Below, one piece after another: positions 14,106 to 27,215 of a stretch of DNA of 64,000 nt. Position numbers and translations under genes: made by a program. A model generated the notes under the pieces. The model was not told the DNA's origin. It was given only the letters and a program-made list of their open reading frames with translations, and ran no database searches. The DNA is taken from assembly GCF_006345805.1 (NCBI RefSeq), contig NC_043002.1, forward strand, positions 117,180,001 through 117,244,000, read 5' to 3'. Position 1 is the stretch's first letter. Each line of letters opens with the position of its first letter. This DNA comes from Octopus sinensis (taxonomy: Eukaryota).

Positions 14106-14274
14106 AGGTGTGGCTGTGTGTTAAGAAGCTTGCTTCCCAACTACATGATTCTGGGTTCAGTCCTACTGCGTGGCACCTTGGGCAAGTATCTTCTACCATA
14201 GCCTCGGGCCGACCAATGCCTTGTGAGTGGATTTGGTAGACAGAAACTGAATGAAGGCCGTCGTATGTATAGGT

Positions 14275-14337
<63 letters not shown>

Positions 14338-14528
14338 ATTCGTGTGTCTGTTTCCCCCCCACCATTGCTTGACAACTGATGTTGGCGTGTTTACGTCCCC
14401 GTAATATAGCGGTTCGGCAAAAGAACCGATACAATAAGTACTAGGCCTACAAAGAATAAGTCCTAGGGTCGATTTGTTTGACCAAAGGTGGTGCTCCAGC
14501 ATAGCCGCAGTCAAATAACTCAAAACAA
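14106..14528 (+). mobile_element. SINE-A copy directly behind SINE-B
   Basis: Full head-to-tail homology to the other SINE-A copies. Confidence 0.9.
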
Positions 14529-14582
14529 ATATATACATATGTCTAAATTGCAGAAGTCATTTGGATGAAGAGTATATCGTAA

Positions 14583-14622
<40 letters not shown>

Positions 14623-14932
14623 GCACATATATATATATATATATACATCTTGTATATACGCACATTATATATATATATAAACATATATATATATACACAC
14701 GCGTATATATACATATATATATATATTATATATATATTATATGTGTGTGTAGCATGCTTCCACTCAGTTACCGCCTACGAAGTTAGCCTGAGTCTAAAGT
14801 AGAAGTCACTTTCAAAGGGGCCACACACACACACCCTTACTTTCACCTGTGCTGTTTGTATGCGCGTTTTAATGTTTCAATGCACACATGATATATACAT
14901 ATATATATATATTATATATATATATATATATA

Positions 14933-14974
<42 letters not shown>

Positions 14975-15409
14975 TATAATGTATATATAAGTCACTTCTG
15001 TATACGAAGTGAATGTCTCTATACGAATTTATTATTTGCTATATACATTACTCTTTATTTAAATTTAAATTTTCCATGCAATGAATTGATTATGAGCAAA
15101 TGTTAATATATAATCTAAAATGTACAAAATGAGTCTACTCGAGCATAGATTTTTTTTCTTTTAAATTTTACTTTTTAGTATTTATTTATTTTTATTTTAT
15201 TCATTTATTAGTTGTTGATTTTCTAAAACCTGATAACATATCGCTTGTTTTCTACCTTCAGCAAACATCTTGTAAGAGAGGAGGATATATGAAATGCAAC
15301 TACTACTACAAGAGAATCAGCATTGTTCGTGAAAAGAAAACTGAAGAGGGAAATGACTAGTTGTAGCGTGATTGCAATTCGGTTGCTGCAGCACATCTTT
15401 ACAAGCGAA

Positions 15410-15481
15410 CGCCGCTGACGTTTTCCACGTTGAGATAGGTTCATGTAGCACTTCGGTTTTTCCTTCTAAATGACGTCATTT
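15410..15481. promoter_or_regulatory. CRE island: CGCCGCTGACG half-site plus 14-bp palindrome AAATGACGTCATTT
   Basis: Motifs read directly. The 11-mer is identical to 3941-3951. Confidence 0.4.
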
Positions 15482-15881
15482 GGATGACTCGTGAACAAAG
15501 ATATCTGTAAAATGATCAGAGCATTACTGGGAGAGATTCATAGTAGCATATATTCAAGAGGGTGATGGCAGGCTAGAAGTCATCTAGTTGTTTAACCCCT
15601 GTTTTTATTGAACCGATCTATGATCAAAGACATTCAAGCCTTTTTCATTCATTTTTTTTTTCTTTACTTATACGTCTTTTCGTGTATTAAAGGATTATAT
15701 TATTATCCAATGTGTACTTCCTGATTTAAGATTATTATTATTATTATTATAGTATTTGGTTTGAGGAAATTTGGCTGCTATTTCTAGCAGGTCAAGTGAC
15801 TGCGTGGAGGCTCTTTGGAGGTAGGTAGAGATGAAAGGTTGCAAATGAAAGGATGGAAATCTAATTAAATAACGTATCGGG

Positions 15882-16152
15882 TATAAAAGTCACAACTACA
15901 AGCTTTTCTCTTGTGCTAATTAGACACGTTAGTGAGACCTATTATGCTCGCAACAGTGGTTTTATACCTAAGCAAACTTAAACCATTTAAAGTCTATCCA
16001 ACAAACGTTCCAATTGATACGAACGACTGAGAGAAAAGAAGGAATTTAGTTTGTGTGTGTGCGTAGTGAGAGACTAGGTGAAGAGGCAGGAAAGATGACG
16101 GTAAGAATAATTATAAAGTCGATCGCTTAATCAATACAAAACAAAGGTAAGT
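15882..16152 (+). promoter_or_regulatory. Candidate TATA promoter and first (likely 5' UTR) exon ending at donor AAAG|GTAAGT
   Basis: TATAAAAG at 15882-15889; perfect donor with GT at 16147; further donor-like sites at 16101 and 16160. Confidence 0.3.
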
Positions 16153-16352
16153 ATATCTGGTGAGTTGATGAAGGAGATATCGCTTATTGGAATTTATATT
16201 TGATGCTGTTGTTTATATTTAAGTTAAGATTAAAGCAGTAGACATAATGGGTAAACAATGACTGTCTTCAATATGAGTATCGATAATAGTTGTGTGCAGG
16301 GGAAGGAAATAAATTGCTAATACAATGAACAATAGAAGAATGGATATATATA

Positions 16353-16388
<36 letters not shown>

Positions 16389-16669
16389 ACAAAAGGGAAC
16401 GCAAGAGGGGCAAGGTTTAACAAATAATGTATTTGCTTAACGCTTAAAAGAGGAAGAAATGATGAATATATTGGGTGGGGAGGGGGCAATATTTTATTGA
16501 AAGATAATTTTAAATGAGAAATTAATATGAAATATTGTTAAAATTCTGAATTAGTTAAATGATCCAACTGTAGAAATTATGTCTAATTTTCGTTAAATGA
16601 AAGGAAATCTTGATGAGGAAAAAAAAAATCAATTTCCGTAATTTCCACTGTTTATTTCTGTCTTCGTAA

Positions 16670-16948
16670 ATGATGGCAAATAGTAGAAGCAGTAATAGCG
16701 GCAACAGTAGCAGTAGCAGGCGCAGCAACAGTAGTGGTGGTGGTGGTGGTGGTTGCGGAGGTGGCGGCGGCAGCAGCGTTGGTCGTGGTGGTGGTGGTGG
16801 TGGTAGTGTTGCTGCTGTTGTCATTCCACCGCCGCCGCTGCTGCCGCTGCAGCCATTGCGGATGGTGATTGTTGTGGTGACGACCACGACGACGACGACT
16901 ACAGCAATAATAACGAAGCAGCCGACCACCAATGACGGTAACCAATAG
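16670..16948. repeat. GC-rich compound trinucleotide low-complexity tract (AGC/GGT/CCG/ACG)
   Basis: Direct inspection. Open in several frames on both strands. Confidence 0.8.
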
Positions 16949-18142
16949 AGTAAGAAGTGATAGCAGAAGCAGCAGTTAGTTTTTCCATAGCCAGAACACA
17001 AATTCAGAAACCTACAGTGTTTTGTTGGAGTAGCTGTCTAGTTGCAATGACAAATTGCTTTAGCTGGGAATGTTATATGATTAAAAGTAACAATTAGGAA
17101 ACATTTCAATAAACTATAACAGCATCAGAAGTGATAGTTATCTGATTAGGCGAATACTACTATTATAATTACTGACACTGTCATTGTTAATTAAAAATTT
17201 GAGAAAGGTATAAACGCCAAACAATCTATGTTTCCTTTTCTAAAAATCAGGTGTTTTGTGCCGAATCGAAAGAAATCAATTTCTGCGACGTTTATTTGTT
17301 TAGCTATAATTTATTGCAGTCGCATTCTTAAACACTGTTATATAATTTATTATATTTAGATTACATGTAGCACTGCTACGAAAACTTTATCACAACTGGT
17401 AACATTAAACCTTTATCATGAATAATAGTTGCGAGGTTACAGGGTCCCATGATTTTAGGGCAACAGAAATGAAATATGTCTTCCTGAAGGCCATTAGCAG
17501 CGTAAAAGAAGTAAAAATAGGACCAAAAGTGATTGATCACTCTGAGCTCCAATGGCTGATTTTGCTTTCTTGCAAAAAAAAAAAGCCATAAATTTCTGTA
17601 GGACAAATAGAAAGAAAGCATTTGACATACATAGCTCTATAAATATAGGAATCTAATTTTTTATGGAAATATAAAATGTATTGAAATAATGCATAAATAT
17701 GTATATGCATATTTCATCTTGATACTAGGAGACCAGTACCATTTTTTTTTCATCATTAGCTCTTGGTTAGAGGTAGGTAGGGAAATCCGCAGGGAAATGT
17801 TTACATTTTCCTGTGGATTTCCCCACGTTTATGCTTTCATTGTTCTCTTCAGCATAAAGTTGAAAAATCGATAACCATTATATTAGAGAAATAACCTTAG
17901 CTCTCAATCCTTTCATCCATCAATCATTTTGTCAATCACGTAGTATTCCATGTTCAAAATAATGCCCAGCTTTAAAATACTGTCTTTGGCATTCAGAAAC
18001 GCGCTTTCTGCTTCTCGTTTAGTCCGGTAAACTTAATATCGTATGTATCAGCATTGTTCAACATACTATCCATGATTCATCGCTTGTGCAGGCGATAGGA
18101 TGCAAGACAGTTTAAATTTTGCTCCTTTTAATGCCTTTCTAG

Positions 18143-18321
18143 ACATTATCACTTGTAAAAAATAAAATAATGATGCAGGAACCACGACAAATTAGTAAGC
18201 TTGAGAAAACAATGTATTTCCCACAATTCTGGATGAAATTGACCACCATGACTATAATGTTTTCTCAAGCGTGGGCGTTAACAAAAGAGTTCAACTACAA
18301 ACTAAGCTTTCGCTAGTTGAT
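18143..18321 (+). other. Exon-like segment
   Basis: Pyrimidine-rich acceptor ...GCCTTTCTAG| and donor GAT|GTAAGT. No frame is open end to end. Confidence 0.2.
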
Positions 18322-18966
18322 GTAAGTTTAGTTCTTCATATATCAAACCCAACTGCTCATTCAAATGATTTACATTAGTTATTTTTTCGCCGTTCAGGAA
18401 AACGATTTTTTGAAACGCCATTATCATTATCACAAAAGTAATGTTGACAAGCCATGCATTTTAGTGTTTTCTTTATGCCGTGTGGATCAAAGCAGGCTGA
18501 TGTAATGTTTGAAAATGGGACCGAAAAGACTGTTATATCATTGATTGATCTAAATTTTATTGTTCTTAAAAGGCCAAGTTTAATCCCATTATGTCGACAT
18601 TTCGCATCAGCTGGAGGCTTTCTGCTTTAGGGAAATTAATTTTCAGAACTACAAATAGCTGCTTCCAAAAATTTGATTAATATTTAGTGAAGATCCATTG
18701 TTCTTTTATAGACTGATGAAAGAGAAGAGGTTGTGAAACAATGAGAATATTATTGGATTATTACGAGAAAAACTTAGCTGTTAAGCTAATTAAAAACTCG
18801 TACGTTATATATTTAAGTATTCATAAGACTTATTTTCAGTTGTGTAATCTTCCTTAGAATTCTGTAAATTCAGTATTTCATAGCAGAATTGTAAAGACAG
18901 TTTTATATGTAAATTTTGATTGAATATTTTCTAAATTAATTTGAGCAATATATCACGCTAGCTTAA

Positions 18967-19185
18967 TATTGGTTTCACATTTTGGCTCAAGGGCAGCAAT
19001 TTCGGGTGGCGGGGTAAGTCGTTTACATTGACTCCAGTGCTCAACTAGTACTTATTTTATCGATCCCAAAAAGATGAAAAGCAAAGTCGAACTCGGTGGA
19101 ATTAGAAGAACCCAGTACATAAAGACGGACGAAATGCCGCTAAGCATTTTGCCCGGCGTGCTAACGATTATGCCAGCTTGCCTCC
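18967..19185 (-). mobile_element. SINE-B copy
   Basis: Reverse complement of SINE-B including the CCAAAAT(T/G)TGAAACCAAT tail. Confidence 0.85.
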
Positions 19186-19256
19186 TACTCTATCTTACTA
19201 TTGATATGTAATTCATTACAACGAGTAATATTGTAATATTTCTTAAAGAAAATAAA

Positions 19257-19690
19257 GCGGCGATCTGGCAACGCCGAACAAAATACTTAGCGGCATTTCG
19301 TCCGTCCTTACATTCTGAGTTCAAATTCTGCCAAGTTCGTCTTTTCGGAGTCGATAAAAAAAGGATCAGCTGAGCACTGACATTGTTGTAGTTGATTTAC
19401 CCCTTCCTTGGAAATTTCTAGCCTTGTGCCAAAATTTGAAATTGGCATTGTTTTTTTTTTGTTTGTTTGTTTGTGTTATAAGAAAATAAGAGGGTGAGGT
19501 GGCAGAATTGTTAACACGCCGAGCAAAACACTTAGCGGCATGTCCTGAGTTCAAATTTCGCCCAGGTAGATTCTGTTTTTCATATTTTCGGAGTTGATAA
19601 ATAAGTACCGGTTGAACGCTGGGGTCAATGTAATTGACTTAAACTCTCTCCCAAAACTGCTGGCCTTGTGCCAAAAATTTGAAACCAACA
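19257..19690 (+). mobile_element. Two tandem SINE-B copies (about 19257-19445 and 19493-19690)
   Basis: Each has the TTCTGAGTTCAAAT-like B box, the central domain and the GGCCTTGTGCCAAAA tail. Confidence 0.85.
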
Positions 19691-19929
19691 TTTAAAAAAT
19701 ACAGTTGTTGACACATTTGCACTATTTGTTCAGACACGGAAAATACTGAAGCATAGTTTTATTTTATACTATATTTTAAATTTGGTTTTCTTTTGTAGCG
19801 ACAGTGTTTTAATTTTTTTATATATATTGACAGATATCTTACTTAAAATATCATTAGCTTACGAACAATATTTCTAATGAACAACATATAATTACAACAG
19901 GCACGTGATCTACAGATGATAGATATCGT

Positions 19930-20250
19930 AATATTCTAGAACTTTCCTTTGTTTTGCAACTAATACATCAAAACTAGATCTCAATAGGTTTCCTCTTCAG
20001 AGCTGCAAATTACTTGATAGAATCTCTTTCATTGACGTATTTCTTTGACAACCTAGATGTGGATCTTAATTTTCTTTCTTTTATTAATCAAACTTGTTTA
20101 TACCAATTTTATAGATATCTCGATTTTCAAGACGCTCAAATATTAGTATGGGTTTTCTAGAACCTTACATTAAGTTTTGTAAAAATCCTAAGTGCACCTA
20201 CATACATCTTGCAATTCAGTGGTCGAAAAACATTACTTTACGCCACCTTA
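19930..20250 (-). mobile_element. Probable PLE GIY-YIG remnant
   Basis: KMYIGAL (YIG-like) and a downstream C-x-x-C/EEK-like trace. Very decayed. Confidence 0.3.
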
Positions 20251-22717
20251 CCAAATCCAATAGATACGCTTCACTTTTCTCGTTCTTGTTCACTCCCTGT
20301 TTTAAATCAAATAACGCCTTTGACCTGTAACCTCCTTAAATGTACCCAAAGCCCGTATTTTACTCAATCCACCCATAACTGTTTCCTCGTGCTAATTAAC
20401 TGTAAGCGTAATTAACAGGAATGAATTTTGGAGAGAGTATACTTAACATGCCTGATTCTTTACTTTATAATTCTTGAACTATGAAAGATAAAGTTGATCG
20501 CGGGATTTGTGATTACATTCCGATATTTGCGTTCCCAAATTAGAATTAACCTAAGAAGATAGGACTGTTGTTGGCGAAAACGAAAGAATTAAAGATTACC
20601 TACTTTGCATTTTTTCTTAAGAGGCACAAACTAAACAATGTACTCCTAGATACATAATGTCCAATTAAACATGATACTTAAATAATGTTCCATGGCTGCA
20701 ACATTGTTGATCATAGGCCTGCTCGTTCAGGGCTAACTCGGAGTTAAGCAAAAACAACAAATCATAAAACTAAACCAGAAAATATTTTAGAAATACTATT
20801 CCGTTATAAATACGATAACATAGATACAATATCACAACTTTCGGGGTTAAGTATTGTCACTTACATAGACCTCTATACTCCATTGGTGTATATCATTAGA
20901 ATCTAAATGGACACAACACAACATACTGCAACTAATTTTATTCGTCATTCTGCCGATGTTACTCACTTAAACAGTTGACTACGCAGTTAATATAATAAGA
21001 GTATCAAATACCAGCTAAGAGTATTATGAGCTAAGGTTCTCAACAAAAACTAAATTAGAAGAGAAAGGTCACTGTAAAATTCATGTTGCTGGTGTTCAAG
21101 ATCAAATGAGACCAGAATTTGCTAAAAGAAAAGGGAAATTTCTCTGCATTTAACAGTACTAGTAATTTAATTTAGTCGATATTTTCCAAACCCAAGGTAT
21201 CAGTTGAAAACTTCCTGGTGATTCTCAAGATAGATTTCTGGAGTTGAAGAAAGGATTTAGAAGCAAAAGTGATCTTTGATCAATCACAGAATTTTTGTTC
21301 TTGAGGTGTTGTTCATATAAAAAAATAATAGAAAGGGCACTCAAAAGGGCCTTGCTTACATTAGTGAGTCAGGCTTTTGAAGTCTGTTGTAAATGAAAGC
21401 GAAACAATGGAAGTTGAAAACGGTTCATGCTGCATTCTTTCAAGCACTCTTCCACGTATCCAAGACTTGGAAAAGATAAAGCAGGCTTTTCGTTGACCTT
21501 AATCTTTAGAAATTCTATTACAGTATAGATAGAATAATTTCTCACAGATGCAATGTCACAGCTTACAACATCTTGATATTCGGTTGAATCTCCTTTCTAA
21601 TTTATTGAAGTGTGTTCCAGTAAATTTGATGTTTTAAGTAATTAGTTATAAATATAAAAAGATATTCTTTTATTCAAGTTTTAAATCCATTAATGTTTTC
21701 AATTCTGATTAAAACTCTTATAAAGATAAGTAAATTTATACTTGCTAATATAGTAAGATTTTAACGATTTTCAATATTATACGCATATTATTTGGAATTT
21801 AAAATTGGAAAGCTAGGGAAAGCTAGAAAAAGCTAGGACAGTGAGTGAGAGAATGGAGAGAGAGTAACTCATTGAAGCTGAAAATACTTTACAAACTGTT
21901 ACTCAGAGTTTCACGTAACCGATCATCGACACGTCGTTAGTGTTTAGAGTATTTATGAAATTCATAAACGATGTAGTAATTATTATTTACTAATCCATCC
22001 AATAAACTTTTAAAGCTATTTGGACAGGGCATTATTACTATTCAAAATAAGGAGAATCTGTTGGATCAAACAGAATTGACCTTGCCGGAAAAGAAAGCAT
22101 AAACATTAAAAGCAAGTTGAAATTGAATTAAAAATTGCATATTATAAATCGTCTATACTTGTGGAAACAGGCATAAAAACACAGCGGATAAAAATGGCCC
22201 TTAAAAAAATGTTGTTGGCGATAAAAATTATAATCAAAATTGAAAATTAATACAAGGGCGAATGGGTTTTACAAACAAATACAAAAGAAATTCAAAAATA
22301 AAAGTATAAATAAAAATAAATAAATGAACTTACTACAGAGAGGGGGCTGCAGTCATGTAAAATTAAAGAAGAAAGAGAAAAGCTTAGAAGCTAAGAAGAA
22401 CAGGGAGAGGAACGCTAGGGAAAGACAGGAAGGGAAGAGGAAAGACAAGGAAAGACAAGGAAGGCGACAAGGAAAGGTAAAAGGAAATGGTATTTAAGCT
22501 GAAATGCACTAGTACTAAAAACGTAAAGTATCTAATACGGATAGCTATAAGTACAGAAGGGGGTGATTCGAAAGTATACAATAGATAGAGGAATTAGATA
22601 GATACAGAGGTAAATGTATGAAGAAGATAAAAACGAAATCATGAGCGCAAAAACACAGGAAAAGGCCAATCGAAATATAACGCACGGAATTCAATTTCGA
22701 AAATTACAAAGGCTTAG

Positions 22718-22821
<104 letters not shown>

Positions 22822-22833
22822 GATATATATATA

Positions 22834-22882
<49 letters not shown>

Positions 22883-23249
22883 TAGGAATATACAAAAGAT
22901 TCAATCCAATCACTTCAAGACAGAAGTAAATATAGAAACTGAATGATAAAATAAAATACTAGAACATAAAATATCATGAACAATATAATATACATATTTG
23001 CAACATATATCCTGGTCGATAAAAGCTTGTATTAAAAGAAGAATGTATAAAATAATATAGATTGAGTTCGAAGGTTGGAATTCAAGATTGTAAAATCACT
23101 ATATTATAAAATACGAAAAGAAGATCCAACAAATTCTACGTTAGGCTAGGAACAGTAAATTACTTTAATAATTCAGTCGCAAAGGTCTCGAAATCAGACA
23201 TTTTGAAGAATGTCTACAACTGCCAAAAGTTCAGATTTATAATTAAATA

Positions 23250-24060
23250 CACATTGATCTTGTAACAGGATGAAATATTTTTCACTTAAGAAGAACGGGC
23301 ATTCCATACGTGTATAGGTTTGATTTTTCCAAGATAAACCATTTTATTTTGAATGGGGTAAAACTAGTTTTTTGTTTTTAATTGCCATATACCCTTAGAT
23401 AAACTTATTGATGACCTGTTTCCTGGGTATTTAAATGGATTCTGTAGCTCCGGTGTAATTTTTATATGTAGGACTATTATCGATCTAGATTTTAGTCCTA
23501 TAAACAACTCCTTTGATCTGGCAATTTCTATGAAGAGAGCAGTGGCTATGGTTATTGTAATTACACTTAGGGCCGTCATTATATCCATTAGATTTGCCAA
23601 GCCTACTTATATTGTGTTGGTTAACAAACAAAAAGATTTTGCAGTAAAAATAGCTAACCTTCAGGGGGTTTAGATAAAATTTTTATGATATCTATGATCC
23701 CTGGAAAAGCCTAGATACCAAATTTACTACAAAAAAAGAATCTCTGCTCGAAGAGTCCACTATTCTTAAGTGCATCATTGTTGGACGATGAAGCATTGTC
23801 CATCTGATGACAAGGCAGAGATTCGTTTGCCTATGTTACTAAACATGCGCTTTGGTACAGGAGGTGGATGATTGGAACCTTTATTGATATAGAATAACCT
23901 TGCATTACAATTTTGATAATGTCTAAATATATTTGGTTGCAGATTTAGCTTGATATCTAAGACGTTGACACTACTAAGCTACGTAACAACTGTAATCTAT
24001 AATGCCATGTACTGGAAGAATGCAATAAGCTTTTTACTAAGCTTGACGAGCTTATGTTCA
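23250..24060 (-). mobile_element. Penelope-like element remnant (RT C-terminus plus GIY-YIG)
   Basis: LFYINKGSNHPPPVPKRMFSNIGKRISALSSD, CSLHRNCQIKGVVYRTKI and SLSKGIWQLKTKN are typical PLE motifs. Confidence 0.7.
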
Positions 24061-24198
24061 TTCATACTGCGGGCAACAATAAGGCAGCCATCCCCGTATA
24101 TAAGGACATTCTGTATGTAAGCAATCCGGAAAGCAAGTATGCATAATTTTGTTCCATCTTATGCACCCATGTATGAGGGGTGGTTGTGTATATATACA

Positions 24199-24252
<54 letters not shown>

Positions 24253-24764
24253 TATATATATATGTAACAGAAACTATTAATGTTACTTCATCCTTTATCT
24301 TTTAGAGTCGAAATATTCGTCCTACTATCTGCGTGTCAAATAATTATGTGAAATCAACATTTTCTGCACGTTTTTGAATAGTTAAAATGAGTCTTCAACG
24401 TTGTAATTGCGTTAGTTTCAACACACGGTCTCAACTCAATACACTCGCCAGGCATGTATCTAGCCAATGTGTGTGTGTGTGTGTGTATGCAAGTTAGTAC
24501 ATGAGTATAAAACAAGGTGAAAAAATAGTACTCTAATACCAAAGATAGAGTAAAATGCTATTTTATTAAAGCTGAAAAAACTGCACACAATATTACTCAC
24601 AGTTTCATGTAATCGGTCTTCGGACATTTGTGATTCTAGTATTTTCTCAAATGCCTGATGAACGTTATCGTGAATCTCCGAGTAACAGTTTATGAAGGTA
24701 GCATGTATGTATACATACATATATACATATACAGATTTAAGAACACACGAACATACACACACAC

Positions 24765-24945
24765 AGCGCGCCGGGCGAAAGGCTTAGCGGTATTTCGTCG
24801 GTCGTTACGTTCTGAGTTCAAATTCCGCCGAGGTGGACTTTGCCTTTCATCCTTTCGGGGTCAATAAATAAAGTACCAGGTTCGCACTGGGGTCGATATA
24901 ATCGACTTAATCCGTTTGTCTGTCCTTGTTTGTCCCCCCTATGTT
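24765..24945 (+). mobile_element. SINE-B copy, young
   Basis: Near-identical to the 13915 and 36921 copies. Confidence 0.9.
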
Positions 24946-24981
24946 TGTATGTATGTATGTATGTATGTATGTATATATATA

Positions 24982-25280
<299 letters not shown>

Positions 25281-26076
25281 GTTTTTTTTTTTTGTGTGTG
25301 TGTTCTTCTAAATGGCTTATGAACATCTTACATGCTGCAATTGCATATATATATATATATATACAGAGAGAGGGAGAGAGAGAGAGAGCGAGAGAGAAAG
25401 AGAGAGAGGTGATTCGTAGATTAACAGTTGCATACAAGCATAGATGCATACACATCCATGTAGCGAAACAAACTTTAATTCGATGGTATTCAATAAATCG
25501 GTTACGGGATAAGTGTTCAGTTTAATGTTTTGTAATGTTCTTCTTTGTAATGTTCTACGTTTGAAATCCCAGGCAGTAGATTCTGATTCCCATTAAAACA
25601 CTTGTCTGATACAACTGTTGCAAAGTAATCGGTGCATCAGTTCTTCTTCAAGTTTTCCCAGCGTTTCTGCAATCCTCAATCGTAGAAACCCATTTGATGC
25701 GTTACACTCTACCATAATTATGTATTGTCCCATACTTGATATATGATGTACATGATTAGTAATTAAGAAACGATAATTTCTATGCTTAATAGCGCAATAC
25801 AGTGCCCTTAAAATGGCAGGAACTAATGATCTATGAACCACAAAACAGAAATCGAATCGAATCGACAGTGCAATTCATGTGTAAAACCTCTACTCTTTCC
25901 ACATTCTTTCTATTCTTCGGTTTCATTTTCTCATGCACACACGCACAAGTAATTAAGATTTGCTTAGCCAGGGAATCGCTATAGAGTAATGAACATCTGC
26001 AATTTAACACTTCCTAATAATTGTTTCTTTACCTATTTGTCTCTCTCTCTCTCACTCTCTCTCTCTCACTCTCTTT

Positions 26077-26154
<78 letters not shown>

Positions 26155-26899
26155 ATATATATATAATATATATATGTATATATACATATATACATATACA
26201 TACTTGTATATATATACATATATGTGTGTGTGTGTGTGTATTTACATATATACATAGATATACATTTATATATACATTTAGAGAGAAATACAGGTATATC
26301 AAATACTGCACAACATAAATTCTTGATTCATTTAAACTATCTCCGCCCCTAAAGAATGTAATTAACAAGTGGAAATTAAGAGCAATTCCATTTGAGAAGG
26401 CAATATATTCTCTGATATAATCTCAAGATTCATGAATTCTCCAAGGTTGACATACTATTAAGAAAAAGAACAGACATATGGTCAGGAGATAAAAGCGCAG
26501 TTATGGACGCGAGTTTTTGGCTCTATAGCCGACCATATTTCTAGTAGCCAAGGGACTTAGACTTATACAAAAAAGGAGTAGAATGCTTTTACGGCCTAAG
26601 TGAATGCATAATTCAAGCAAAAATGAACTATGGAAAATCAGTCACGTATGGCCACTGGTATGTATTTGAATACTTTGCTTTCATCCTTTCGGGGTCGATG
26701 AAATATGCACCACCCTATTACTGAGGACAATATAACCAGCTTGCCCCTTTTTTCAAAGTTGCTGGCCTTGTGCCAAAATTAGAATATTTTAATCCTTCAA
26801 ATGGAAGTTCCTGTAAGGTCTAGCTCCCAACTTTGGAATTAAAAGCTATACCAGCCACCGAACTAACGGCACTGCATACTACCAAAAACACCGTCTTCT

Positions 26900-27215
26900 T
26901 CATCTCAGATAAGGTCCCAGTGTTGCAACAGCTTGAGTTTCAGGGAGACAACAACTGTTTAATATCCTGCCAAGGAACCTAAGAAATCTGCAAAGTGTAA
27001 ATGTGGAAACATTCAAAAAGCAACTGGACAAATTTCTATCTGAAATTCCAGATAAACCAACATCACAACAGGAGGTACCAAGAAGAGCTTCTTGGAAGAA
27101 ACGTCCAACTTGCTTCTTCACCAAAAACAGTACCGAAAGGAGACCCAAAGACTGAAAGCGGTGCTCCAGCATGGCCCCAGCCTCTGGCTGAAACCAGTAA
27201 AACAATATAAGAATA
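26900..27215 (+). mobile_element. CR1-like LINE 3' end
   Basis: QLFNILPRNLRNLQSVNVETFKKQLDKFLSEIPDKP; tail GCGGTGCTCCAGCATGGCC is shared with SINE-A. Confidence 0.85.

Noticed and set aside
18205-18321. ILDEIDHHDYNVFS resembles the phytoene synthase C-terminal ILDEIEANDYNNF
   Set aside because: The match is short, an in-frame stop lies just upstream, and no other part of the protein is seen. Probably chance.
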